Assembly: GCA_050011565.1 (NCBI GenBank)
Contig: JBEKIW010000002.1
Location: forward strand, 400,494 to 464,493
Direction: 5' to 3'
DNA: 64,000 bases
From: Dehalococcoidia bacterium
Lineage (GTDB): Bacteria > Chloroflexota > Dehalococcoidia > GIF9 > UBA5629
Every line of letters begins with the position of its first letter. The first letter of the stretch is position 1. The translations under genes and the position numbers were made by a program. Of the stretch, positions 1-7,747 are shown piece after piece. Below the pieces are notes generated by a model. The model was given only the letters and a program-made list of their open reading frames with translations, searched no databases and was not told where the DNA came from.

Positions 1-562
1 CTTCCACCGGTATCCGGGCTTTGGAGCTGCCCAGGCGGTCCTGGACTTCCTTTTCCAGTTCTTTAACCTGCTCCCGATATATATCGCGGAATAGTTCAGC
101 GTTCTCTTCTTTGGCAATGGCAGCGTTAGCCAGCTCCACCAGCATTTCCGGGGCATTGCCGGTGGCGGTGGCTATCGCCCTCATTATGCGCATGATTTCG
201 GCTGTCTCCACGCCAAAGGGGCAGGCGAAAGTGCAACGGTGGCACAGCGTACAACTGGCAAAAGCAATCTCCGCCAGCTTGGACAACATCTCGTCGGTCG
301 TCTCTTTGACGCCCACCCACCGCGGGAATGCGCGTCCCATGGGGTCGAAAAAGCGACGGTACAATCGCCGCACCATTTCGGCACGGTAATAGGGAGTGTG
401 CTCCGTCCGGGGATTGGACTGGTAATAGTGACAGCTTTCGGTGCATATGCCGCAGCGGACACATACCTCTAGCGCCGTCAGCACCCTGCGGTCAACCAGA
501 TTGCCCAGCATTTCCCGGGCTATGGTTAGCTTATCTTTTTTTGTTTCTACTGCGCTACTCAT
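1..562 (-). CDS. DsrK/HdrD-like (Fe-S)-binding protein, N-terminal part (runs off the window start)
   Basis: Not in the ORF track because there is no stop in the window. Manual translation from ATG 562: MSSAVETKKDKLTIAREMLGNLVDRRVLTALEVCVRCGICTESCHYY...FASCTLCHRCTFACPFG. Two CxxCxxCxxxC motifs; the start overlaps the stop of the upstream membrane gene. Confidence 0.8.
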   Translation of the reverse strand, partial: MSSAVETKKDKLTIAREMLGNLVDRRVLTALEVCVRCGICTESCHYYQSNPRTEHTPYYRAEMVRRLYRRFFDPMGRAFPRWVGVKETTDEMLSKLAEIAFASCTLCHRCTFACPFGVETAEIMRIMRAIATATGNAPEMLVELANAAIAKEENAELFRDIYREQVKELEKEVQDRLGSSKARIPVE

Positions 563-1187
563 GTGTCCACTCCAGTACGCCGCGGCGCCCGAAGAACAAA
601 CCGACAAAGACGCGTTCGTAAAAGAAATAAATAAAGTGTTTAATCTTGCCGAATGGCGCGTAAGCCAGCGTTATGCCGGAGATAGCCCAGAATAGGGGTA
701 AAAAGTCCGGTTTGATAGCGGATGCGGCGCCTGCTGCCAGGAATAGTGTCACCAGCGCCAGAGAGAAATAATCATCCGGGGTGCTTAGCAGCCGCATGGT
801 TGGGTCGCCCAATCTTATGCCGAAACCTGCCACACCCAATACAGCGCCGACGCCGAAAAGAGCCGCTAAAGAGATGCGTAGCGGCAATATCATCTGCGTC
901 AGCCATGGGCTGGCAATAAGAAACGCTGCGGCCACGAATATGCCAACATGAATGATTATGCCGCGTATATAAGCTACCCAATGCCGTCGAGCGCTCTCCT
1001 TGGCCCACGGAGCCATGCCCAGAGTGAAAGCATAAAGGACGCCTTGTGCTGGAGAACGTTTGACTGGCGCTTGTTCAGACTGGTAGGGCCGGCGCTGAGC
1101 AGCGACAAGAACGTATAATACGCCAATAATAAAGATGACGGCACCAACCAGTGCTATTCCGGCGGTCACCATCTGCAACATACTCAT
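555..1187 (-). CDS. DsrM/NarI-like cytochrome b membrane subunit
   Basis: About 5 hydrophobic helices, LSTPDDY segment and APFGKIKH C-terminal motif typical of the NarI/DsrM family; directly precedes the DsrK-like gene. Confidence 0.7.
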   Translation of the reverse strand: MSMLQMVTAGIALVGAVIFIIGVLYVLVAAQRRPYQSEQAPVKRSPAQGVLYAFTLGMAPWAKESARRHWVAYIRGIIIHVGIFVAAAFLIASPWLTQMILPLRISLAALFGVGAVLGVAGFGIRLGDPTMRLLSTPDDYFSLALVTLFLAAGAASAIKPDFLPLFWAISGITLAYAPFGKIKHFIYFFYERVFVGLFFGRRGVLEWTHE

Positions 1188-1426
1188 TTCACTTTCTTGA
1201 TATGGAACCTGATTAGCTTGCCATCTCTTTCGATGGAGATAAGCTCGTTGCCGGTGCTCTTGGTCCAGGCAGGTATATCTGCCAGTACACCAGGGTCGGT
1301 GGCCGTGGCTTCTAGTACTTTGCCCACCTCCATGGTTTTAATTGCCTGGCTCACCTTAACTATCGGGATAGGGCAAAGTAGACCCTCAAGATTTAGTTTA
1401 ACATCTGCATTTGTTTGTCCTGGCAT
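1184..1426 (-). CDS. tusA: TusA/SirA-family sulfur carrier protein
   Basis: LNLEGLLCPIP motif, ATDPG and DIPAW segments; ATG 1426 follows a GAGGAG SD. Confidence 0.9.
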   Translation of the reverse strand: MPGQTNADVKLNLEGLLCPIPIVKVSQAIKTMEVGKVLEATATDPGVLADIPAWTKSTGNELISIERDGKLIRFHIKKVK

Positions 1427-1442
1427 TATTTTCTCCTCATGC

Positions 1443-1919
1443 CTATACAAATAATGTCATCTTGGAGTGGAAAGCTTTCTCCAGCATGGTAGCCACTCCG
1501 CAAGACTCTTCGGCCTCGTCAATCAGGTGTTCCGCCTTTATCTCCATGACCTGCATGCTCATCTCGCAGGGCAGGAGCTTAACTCCCAGGTCGATGGCGG
1601 TCTGCCGGAGTTCCTCCAGCGGTGTTATTTTATGTGACTTCATCATTTGTTTGAACATCCACCGGCCGATGCCCCAGAAATTGAAACGCGACGGGCCGAT
1701 AGTATTGATACCGCCCCGGTTGAGGAGGCCCATCATGCGGCCGAAGAAGCCCTGACCTGTTAGATTTCCTTTCTGTATGGCTTTTATACCCCAGAAGGTG
1801 AAAAACATATTGGTTTCTTTGCCGGCTGCGGCAGCTCCGATGGCGATATTGAAGGCTGCCATGACCTTGTCCATGTCACCGCTAAATACGATTATGGTTA
1901 CACCATCTTCTTTTGCCAT
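1443..1919 (-). CDS. DsrE/DsrF/DrsH-like (DsrE2) sulfurtransferase-family protein
   Basis: IIVFSGDMDK, MFFTFWG and conserved-Cys LLPCEMSM motifs; ATG 1919 follows AAGGAG. Confidence 0.85.
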   Translation of the reverse strand: MAKEDGVTIIVFSGDMDKVMAAFNIAIGAAAAGKETNMFFTFWGIKAIQKGNLTGQGFFGRMMGLLNRGGINTIGPSRFNFWGIGRWMFKQMMKSHKITPLEELRQTAIDLGVKLLPCEMSMQVMEIKAEHLIDEAEESCGVATMLEKAFHSKMTLFV

Positions 1920-2107
1920 TTCTGTCTCCTTCACAATTATTAATACACGTTAGATGCGGCACCCTGTACCATGGGGTGGGTGCCGTGCGCCCCCTTAACC
2001 AAACTGACATGAATTTACCCTGCTTACACCTCCTTCATAGCGTAAACGCGCTGACCTGATATTTATCAAGGTAATTGATGACCTTTTGTTATTTCCAACT
2101 TGCGTGC

Positions 2108-2122
2108 GAGGCTTCCAGCCTC
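2108..2122 (-). promoter_or_regulatory. Candidate bacterial SECIS hairpin
   Basis: GAGGCT-GGA-AGCCTC; the G-starting loop begins 18 nt after the UGA at 2137-2135. Confidence 0.5.
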
Positions 2123-2128
2123 ATCTGT

Positions 2129-2317
2129 CTAGCTTCAGCCGCCGCCGAAGGCGAACTGAGTAAAGAACCTTAACTTATCGGTAGGGCTGTCTAATTTTTC
2201 AACTTTGCCGCCACCGCAGCGGGGGCACTTCACGTTCTTATCGTCTTTCACATTATCCAGATTGGGTTTCTTAAATGTGACGCGACATTCATTACATCCG
2301 TATTCCTGGACTTGCAT
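2129..2317 (-). CDS. FmdB-like zinc-ribbon protein, possibly a selenoprotein ending GGG-U-S (ends at 2135 if UGA is a stop)
   Basis: EYGCNEC...KCPRCGG zinc ribbon; ends GGC GGC GGC TGA AGC TAG followed by a hairpin; strong AAGGAG SD. Confidence 0.75.
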
Positions 2318-2341
2318 TGTATATCTCCTTTAACTCTGAAA

Positions 2342-2674
2342 TTAAGCTACCAGCCTCTCGGCTAGCTGTTTGTTCTTCTCCATCCGGTCGAGCAGTATCT
2401 CATGCACCATGTCACAGGCATCGCCGATTTTGGGGTCGCTGAGGCTGTAGTAGACACTGGTCCCTTCTCGCCGGAACTGCACCACCCCTTTGTCCCTGAG
2501 AATCGCCAGATTACGGGAGACAACCGCCTGAGGAAACTCGAGCACCCTTGCCAGCTCGCCCACAGTCGTCTCACCCTGTCGCAGCTCATCGATGATGATA
2601 AGCCGCTTGGCGTCAGCGAAGGTCTTGCATAGTTCCGCCTTTAGTGCGTAAAGTTCAAGATTGTGTCTGGCCAA
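2342..2674 (-). CDS. ArsR/SmtB-family transcriptional regulator
   Basis: KTFADAKRLIII...TVGELA...VSRNLAILR...RREGTSVYYSL winged HTH; two Cys (ELCK, DACD). Confidence 0.9.
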   Translation of the reverse strand: MARHNLELYALKAELCKTFADAKRLIIIDELRQGETTVGELARVLEFPQAVVSRNLAILRDKGVVQFRREGTSVYYSLSDPKIGDACDMVHEILLDRMEKNKQLAERLVA

Positions 2675-2701
2675 TGGGCACCTTCCTCATGGTTAATACA
2701 A

Positions 2702-2746
2702 ATATATATATAGACGTATATTATCATATTGTGTGGGCATTGTCAA
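2702..2746 (-). promoter_or_regulatory. Sigma70-type promoter with a possible ArsR operator
   Basis: TTGACA (2746-2741), 17 nt spacer, TG-n-TAATAT (2723-2718), overlapping the AT-rich dyad ATATA-CGTC-TATAT. Confidence 0.55.
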
Positions 2747-2766
2747 ACCACCTATCCCCGGTGGGG

Positions 2767-2903
2767 AAATCCCAAATCCTAAGCACCAAATCCTAAATAA
2801 TATCAAAATACTAATTCTCCAAATTCAGGATAGTTTATCTTTGTGCCGTTCGAATTTTGAGATTTGGATTTGTTTGATGCTTGGAATTTATTATTTATAA
2901 TTT
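2767..2903. repeat. Heptamer-rich inverted intergenic element (AAATCCT/AAATCCC-like units facing TTTGGAT-like units)
   Basis: AAATCCCAAATCCTAAGCACCAAATCCTAAA...TTTGAGATTTGGATTTGTTTG; related copies at 44640-44783 and 57148-57200. Confidence 0.6.
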
Positions 2904-2967
2904 GGGCTGCCGGGGGGATATGGTGGGCACACGAATGGTGGTATAATAGGCATCTTGGGGGAAATAG

Positions 2968-4512
2968 ATGGCCAGGTACATAATCGCCCATGATGTAGGC
3001 ACCAGCGGCAATAAAGCGGTTCTGGTGGATACTAAGGGGCGCGTCCACGGTAAATGTATTGAGCCTTACAAAACGTATTTTCCGAAGCCAGGATGGGCGG
3101 AGCAGGAACCGTCAGACTGGTGGAAGGCGGTAACGCGGACGACCAGGCTTCTCCTCGACCGGACAAATATATCTCCTAAAGACATTCTGTGCGTTACTTT
3201 CGGTACGCAGATGCTCGGCGTCATCCCCATTGACTCCAAAGGTGTGCCGCTGAGGCGTGCCATTATCTGGCTTGACAACCGCGCCGGTGAACAGGCGGAG
3301 CGGCTGATGAGAAAATTCCTCGGACCTCGTGTCTTCGCCTTAATTGCCGGCACTGCCTTATGCGGCAAAGACGGCATGCCCAAGCTACTCTGGCTGAAAG
3401 GGGAAGAGCCTGATATTTACCACAAGATGTGTTGTTTTCTGGATACCTCGGGTTATCTTTTCTATCGCAGCACCGGCAACATGGCCATGGAGTGGACCGG
3501 CGCTTCAGTCTTCGGGCTCGACCTGAAAAAGAAAACATGGATGACCAGTATTTTCAGCTATGTCGGACTTGATACCGAGAAGCTGCCCCCGTTAGTACGA
3601 TCGATCGATAAGGTCGGTGAACTTACCAGAGAAGCTGCCAGGGAATACGGACTTTTGCCCGGCACACCGGTTATGGCTGGCGCCGGCGATGCTCCCTGCG
3701 CCGTAGTTGGCTCCGGCGCCGTCGGCGAAGGCGAAGGTCATGTTTATCTGGGAACCTCCGGCTGGGTGGGCGTGGTCACCAGGCGAATACTGCAGGGTAA
3801 ATGCGGCGCCGCCACCATTCATTCGGCAGACCCCGACAAGACGTTTCTATTTGCCGAGACTGAAGCAGCCGGCGGCTGCATCCAGTGGATCGCCGACCAG
3901 TTTTACAAAGCGGAAAAAAAGGACCCGAATATACCCAATGTTTATGCTCTGATGGACGATGAGGTGGCTAAAATTCCACCGGGCTCCAATTATCTTCTTT
4001 TCACCCCCTGGATTTATGGAGAAAGAGCTCCCATTAACGATTGTTATGTCCGTGCCTCATTTCTCAACTTGAGCGCCGAGCATACCCGCGAGGATATGCT
4101 GCGTGCCGTATATGAAGGTGTGGCTTATAACATCAGGTGGATTGTGGAAATCGTAGAGAAAGAGTTCAAGTTGCCACTGCCGCAACTCAGGGTTATAGGT
4201 GGAGGCGCCAAGGGCAAACCCTGGATGCAGATAATGGCTGATGTTACCGGCAGAAAAATTGAGACCGTCTGCGACCCTCAGGAAGCTGGCGCCGTAGGTG
4301 CCGCACTGATAGCGGCGGTTGGCCTGGGAATATACCCGGACTTCGAGTCGCTGAAAAAGGTAATCAAAGTGGACAGGGTATTTGAGCCACAGCCCCGGAA
4401 TTCGGATATTTATAATACGCTGTATGGTTCGTATCATGAAGTCTACAGTAGCTTACGTAATTTCTATAGAAGGCTGAATAAGGAGCGATTCGACAAGGCG
4501 GTGTGTGAGTAG
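2968..4512 (+). CDS. FGGY-family carbohydrate kinase (xylulokinase-like)
   Basis: HDVGTSGNKA, WAEQEP, IIWLDNR, GAGDA, YLGTSGW, GERAP, RAVYEGVA and GGGA motifs. Confidence 0.9.
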   Translation: MARYIIAHDVGTSGNKAVLVDTKGRVHGKCIEPYKTYFPKPGWAEQEPSDWWKAVTRTTRLLLDRTNISPKDILCVTFGTQMLGVIPIDSKGVPLRRAIIWLDNRAGEQAERLMRKFLGPRVFALIAGTALCGKDGMPKLLWLKGEEPDIYHKMCCFLDTSGYLFYRSTGNMAMEWTGASVFGLDLKKKTWMTSIFSYVGLDTEKLPPLVRSIDKVGELTREAAREYGLLPGTPVMAGAGDAPCAVVGSGAVGEGEGHVYLGTSGWVGVVTRRILQGKCGAATIHSADPDKTFLFAETEAAGGCIQWIADQFYKAEKKDPNIPNVYALMDDEVAKIPPGSNYLLFTPWIYGERAPINDCYVRASFLNLSAEHTREDMLRAVYEGVAYNIRWIVEIVEKEFKLPLPQLRVIGGGAKGKPWMQIMADVTGRKIETVCDPQEAGAVGAALIAAVGLGIYPDFESLKKVIKVDRVFEPQPRNSDIYNTLYGSYHEVYSSLRNFYRRLNKERFDKAVCE

Positions 4513-4528
4513 ATATCCACTAATTCTT

Positions 4529-4581
4529 ATAGGGGCGAGGCTTTAGCCTCGCCCAGTGCGACCTTAAAAGGTCGCACCTAC
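4529..4581. repeat. GTAG-type REP doublet
   Basis: GGGCGAGGCT-TT-AGCCTCGCCC followed by GCGACCTTAAAAGGTCGC-ACCTAC (GTAG foot on the minus strand); degenerate copy at 13776-13816. Confidence 0.65.
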
Positions 4582-4651
4582 ATGAGACGATGATGAGTGA
4601 TGCTAAACAAGGGAAAGATTCGATAAGACAGTGTGTGAAGGAGGTGTTTAA

Positions 4652-5962
4652 ATGAATGGCGATGATATTTTGAGCCTGCCCATTGCCCTGCCCGACGGCG
4701 TGGATTATGACGACTACGTTATCGGCACCTATCTGGTCTCTTATCCAGCCTCGCTGCCTCTCCCTATAATTGCGCCTTTCCTGGCTATCGAGCAGAGCAC
4801 GGGGACGTGGGTGGCTGTGCCCGGCGAGACCGAGGAAGTCCGACGTCAGCATATCGCCAAGGTGGTGGGTGTTTATGAAATGCCCGACTACGAGTCCACC
4901 GTGCCGGCGAATCTACAGACCAGGCAGTGGTTCGTCCAGGTGGCTTATCCCGAGGTAAACATCGGTGAGCAGATACCCATGCTGCTGACCACAGTGGTGG
5001 GCAACATCTCCATGGGCGGCGAAATAAAGCTGGTGGACATGCGTTTTCCGAAGAAATTCGCTGCCGGTTTCAAGGGCCCCAAATTCGGCGTCGACGGCAT
5101 ACGTAAGCTTCTGGGAATTCCGAAGCGACCACTGCTAAATAACATGATAAAGCCCTGCACCGGCTATACCTGCGAAGTCGGGGCTGAACTGTTTCGCAAA
5201 GCGGCCGCCGGCGGCTGCGACATCGTTAAGGACGACGAGCTTATTGCCGACGCCTCGTTCAACTCGGCGCTGGAGCGCGTCAAGCTTTATATGCAGGTTG
5301 AGAAGCAGGTCTTCGAGGAAACCGGTGAACATACGCTGTACACAGTGAATGTAACGGATAAAATACCAAAGGTCTTCGAGACTGCCAAACGCGCCGTGGA
5401 ATTGGGCTGCAACGCGCTGATGATAAACTACCTGGCTGTCGGCTTTCCGGTGTTGCAGGCGCTGGCTGAAGACACCAGCCTGAATGTGCCCATACTGGCA
5501 CATATGGACGTGGCCGGCGCTCTGTACATGTCGCCTTATCACGGCATGAGCTCTCATCTGGTGCTGGGCAAATTGCCGCGGCTAGCAGGCGCCGACGTAG
5601 TTGTTATCCCCGCCCCCTACGGCAAGGCGCCGGTAATTGACTATAAGTTCAAAAATGTTGCCCGAAACCTGTTATTCCCGCTATATAACCTGAAGCCCAC
5701 GTTCCCCATGGCATCGGGCGGCATCACCCCGTCCATGGTGCCGCAGGTGATGATGGCGCTGGGCAATGACATAGTCATAGGTTCCGGAGGCGGCATTCAT
5801 GCGCATCCCCAGGGTGCCATCGCCGGAGGCAAAGCCTTCCGGCAGGCGATAGATGCTACCATGCAGGGCATTCCGCTGGCCGACTATGCCAAGGAGCATG
5901 AGGAGCTGGCGATTTCACTAAAGGAGTGGGTCGACCCGTTCAGCAGAGGAATCAGAATTTGA
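4652..5962 (+). CDS. RuBisCO-like protein (form IV RLP)
   Basis: AIEQSTGTW, GPKFG, MIKPCTG, DIVKDDE, ASGGI and GGGIHAHP motifs. The K177, R295 and H327 equivalents appear substituted, so not a true carboxylase. Confidence 0.9.
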   Translation: MNGDDILSLPIALPDGVDYDDYVIGTYLVSYPASLPLPIIAPFLAIEQSTGTWVAVPGETEEVRRQHIAKVVGVYEMPDYESTVPANLQTRQWFVQVAYPEVNIGEQIPMLLTTVVGNISMGGEIKLVDMRFPKKFAAGFKGPKFGVDGIRKLLGIPKRPLLNNMIKPCTGYTCEVGAELFRKAAAGGCDIVKDDELIADASFNSALERVKLYMQVEKQVFEETGEHTLYTVNVTDKIPKVFETAKRAVELGCNALMINYLAVGFPVLQALAEDTSLNVPILAHMDVAGALYMSPYHGMSSHLVLGKLPRLAGADVVVIPAPYGKAPVIDYKFKNVARNLLFPLYNLKPTFPMASGGITPSMVPQVMMALGNDIVIGSGGGIHAHPQGAIAGGKAFRQAIDATMQGIPLADYAKEHEELAISLKEWVDPFSRGIRI

Positions 5963-5975
5963 AAGGAGCAGTAAG

Positions 5976-7193
5976 ATGTCTAAAGTTACGGTTTTAGGCG
6001 GCAGTGGTGCGGTTGGCAGCATAGCCTCGGAGACGCTGGCTTCGAGCGGTGTATTCTCCGAAGTAACGGTGGCTGATATAAATATTGCAGCCGCCAGAAA
6101 GGTAGCCGGCAAGCTAAAGGGGAGTAAGGTCTCTGCTGTCGAATTCGATGCCGATGGCCCCCAGAGCCTGAGAAAGGTAATCGGCGGCTCATCAGTGGTA
6201 CTGAACTGCGTGGGTCCTTTCTACAAGTACGGGCCCACCATACTAAAAACGGTGATAGAAGCCAGAATAAACTATGTTGATATCTGTGATGATTTCGATG
6301 CTACCGAGAAGCTGCTGGCAATGGATGACAAGGCCAAGAAAGCCGGCGTTTCAGCGCTCATCGGCATGGGCAGCTCTCCCGGCGTAGCTAATATTCTGGT
6401 CAGGTTCTGCGCTGATTCCCTGCTCGACCAGGTGGAGGCGGTGGATATATACCACGCCCACGGCGGCGAAAAAATTGAAGGACCGGCGGTAGTGAAACAC
6501 CGGATTCATTCCATGCAGATAGGTATTCCGATGTTCCTCGACGGCAAATTTACTACCGTGAATCTATTTGACGACAGCGGCAAGGCATTGGAAGAGGAGG
6601 CCGAGTTTAAAGATGTCGGCACCTACAACGTCTACGGCTATCCGCATCCCGAGACAATAACCCTGCCTAAATATTTGAAGGGTTTGAAGAGGGTAACCAA
6701 CCTGGGGCTGGTGCTGCCTCCGGCTTACGCCGAGCTGATAAAGGGTATGGTCAGGCTGGGCGTTACCGATGAGAAACCCATCGAAGTACAGGGCCATAAG
6801 ATTGTGCCGCTGGAATTTGCCGTAGCCTATATACTTTCCCAGCGGGAGAGATTGCTGAAAGAGGCCGGGATTAACCAGCCTATGGGCTGCTTGAAGATCG
6901 TGGTTAAAGGGGTCAAGGACGGCGGCAAGAACACTTATATCTTCTCCATGTCTTCCCGGGGGCAGGGTATGGGCGAAGGCACGGGCATACCGGCCGCTAT
7001 TGGCGCCATAATTATGGGTACGGGAAAGATTACGCTGAAAGGCGTTTTGCCGCCCGAGGCCTGCGTCAACCCCATGGACCTGCTGGAGCTGGCTAAGACC
7101 AAAGTAAAGACGGTTGGCGGCAAGGGCTTCCCCATTTCCATCGAGCATATCGATAAGGACGGCAAGTCGCAGAAGTTGAACCTGTTTAGCTAG
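5976..7193 (+). CDS. Saccharopine dehydrogenase-family NAD(P)-dependent oxidoreductase
   Basis: VLGGSGAVG Rossmann motif, NCVGPFY, NYVDICDD, GMGSSPG, HPETITLP and GVLPPEA. Confidence 0.85.
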   Translation: MSKVTVLGGSGAVGSIASETLASSGVFSEVTVADINIAAARKVAGKLKGSKVSAVEFDADGPQSLRKVIGGSSVVLNCVGPFYKYGPTILKTVIEARINYVDICDDFDATEKLLAMDDKAKKAGVSALIGMGSSPGVANILVRFCADSLLDQVEAVDIYHAHGGEKIEGPAVVKHRIHSMQIGIPMFLDGKFTTVNLFDDSGKALEEEAEFKDVGTYNVYGYPHPETITLPKYLKGLKRVTNLGLVLPPAYAELIKGMVRLGVTDEKPIEVQGHKIVPLEFAVAYILSQRERLLKEAGINQPMGCLKIVVKGVKDGGKNTYIFSMSSRGQGMGEGTGIPAAIGAIIMGTGKITLKGVLPPEACVNPMDLLELAKTKVKTVGGKGFPISIEHIDKDGKSQKLNLFS

Positions 7194-7195
7194 TG

Positions 7196-7329
7196 AAATC
7201 CCCCTTAACCCCCCTTTTTCTAAGGGGGAGATGAATTTTTACCTTTTTCTAAGGGGGAGATAAGCTTTTACCTTTTCTAAAGGACGAAATAAACCTCTCC
7301 CTTTCGTAAAGGGAGATTGAGAGGGATTT
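7196..7329. repeat. Palindromic MITE/REP-like element with about 22-bp terminal inverted repeats and four internal CCTTT..AAGG hairpins
   Basis: AAATCCCCCTTAACCCCCCTTT ... AAAGGGAGATTGAGAGGGATTT with about 30-nt internal periodicity; family copies at about 12146, 13963, 16268, 22482 and 43029. Confidence 0.75.
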
Positions 7330-7336
7330 TATTAAA

Positions 7337-7696
7337 ATGCTAACCTACAACAATAGACTGGCAAGCTATAGCCGTGAACTGAGAAAGAATATGACGGATG
7401 CCGAACGGTATCTCTGGTCTAAGGTAAGGATGCGACAAGTAGGAGGCTGCCAATTCTATAGGCAGAGAATTATAGGTGATTACATAGTGGACTTTTTTTG
7501 CCCCAGAGCAAAACTGGTAATTGAAGTCGATGGTGGCCAGCATAGTTCTGATGAGATTACCGCTGCAGATGAAGAGAGGGATGAATATTTGAAAAGCAAA
7601 GGTTTGAAAGTGATAAGATTTAATAATATTGAAGTTCTCAGGAATATTGAAGGGGTGGTGGAAAAAATACTTGAGAATATGAGGTATATCAGGTAG
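7337..7696 (+). CDS. DUF559 (Vsr-like PD-(D/E)xK) endonuclease
   Basis: RELRKNMTDAE, FYRQ, YIVDFFC, LVIEVDGGQH, DEERDEYL and VIRFNN motifs. Confidence 0.9.
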   Translation: MLTYNNRLASYSRELRKNMTDAERYLWSKVRMRQVGGCQFYRQRIIGDYIVDFFCPRAKLVIEVDGGQHSSDEITAADEERDEYLKSKGLKVIRFNNIEVLRNIEGVVEKILENMRYIR

Positions 7697-7747
7697 CTCC
7701 CCATAATCCTCCTCACCTTTGACTTTTGGCCTTTAAATTTTTACTTT

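Noticed and set aside
21-695. Short ORFs listed in the track (21-389, 126-464, 184-462, 239-472, 328-621, 441-695)
   Set aside because: Shadows of the real DsrK-like frame starting at 562 and of the DsrM-like gene.
1882-2035. Small minus-strand ORF (ATG 2010) after a strong AAGGAGGTG, with an 8-bp hairpin at 1957-1985
   Set aside because: SD-to-ATG spacing is 16 nt, the ORF runs out of frame into the DsrE gene and the peptide is unrecognisable; the hairpin has no U-tract.
4652-5962. Bona fide CO2-fixing RuBisCO
   Set aside because: K177, R295 and H327 equivalents appear substituted, and there is no small subunit, PRK or AMP-pathway gene nearby.
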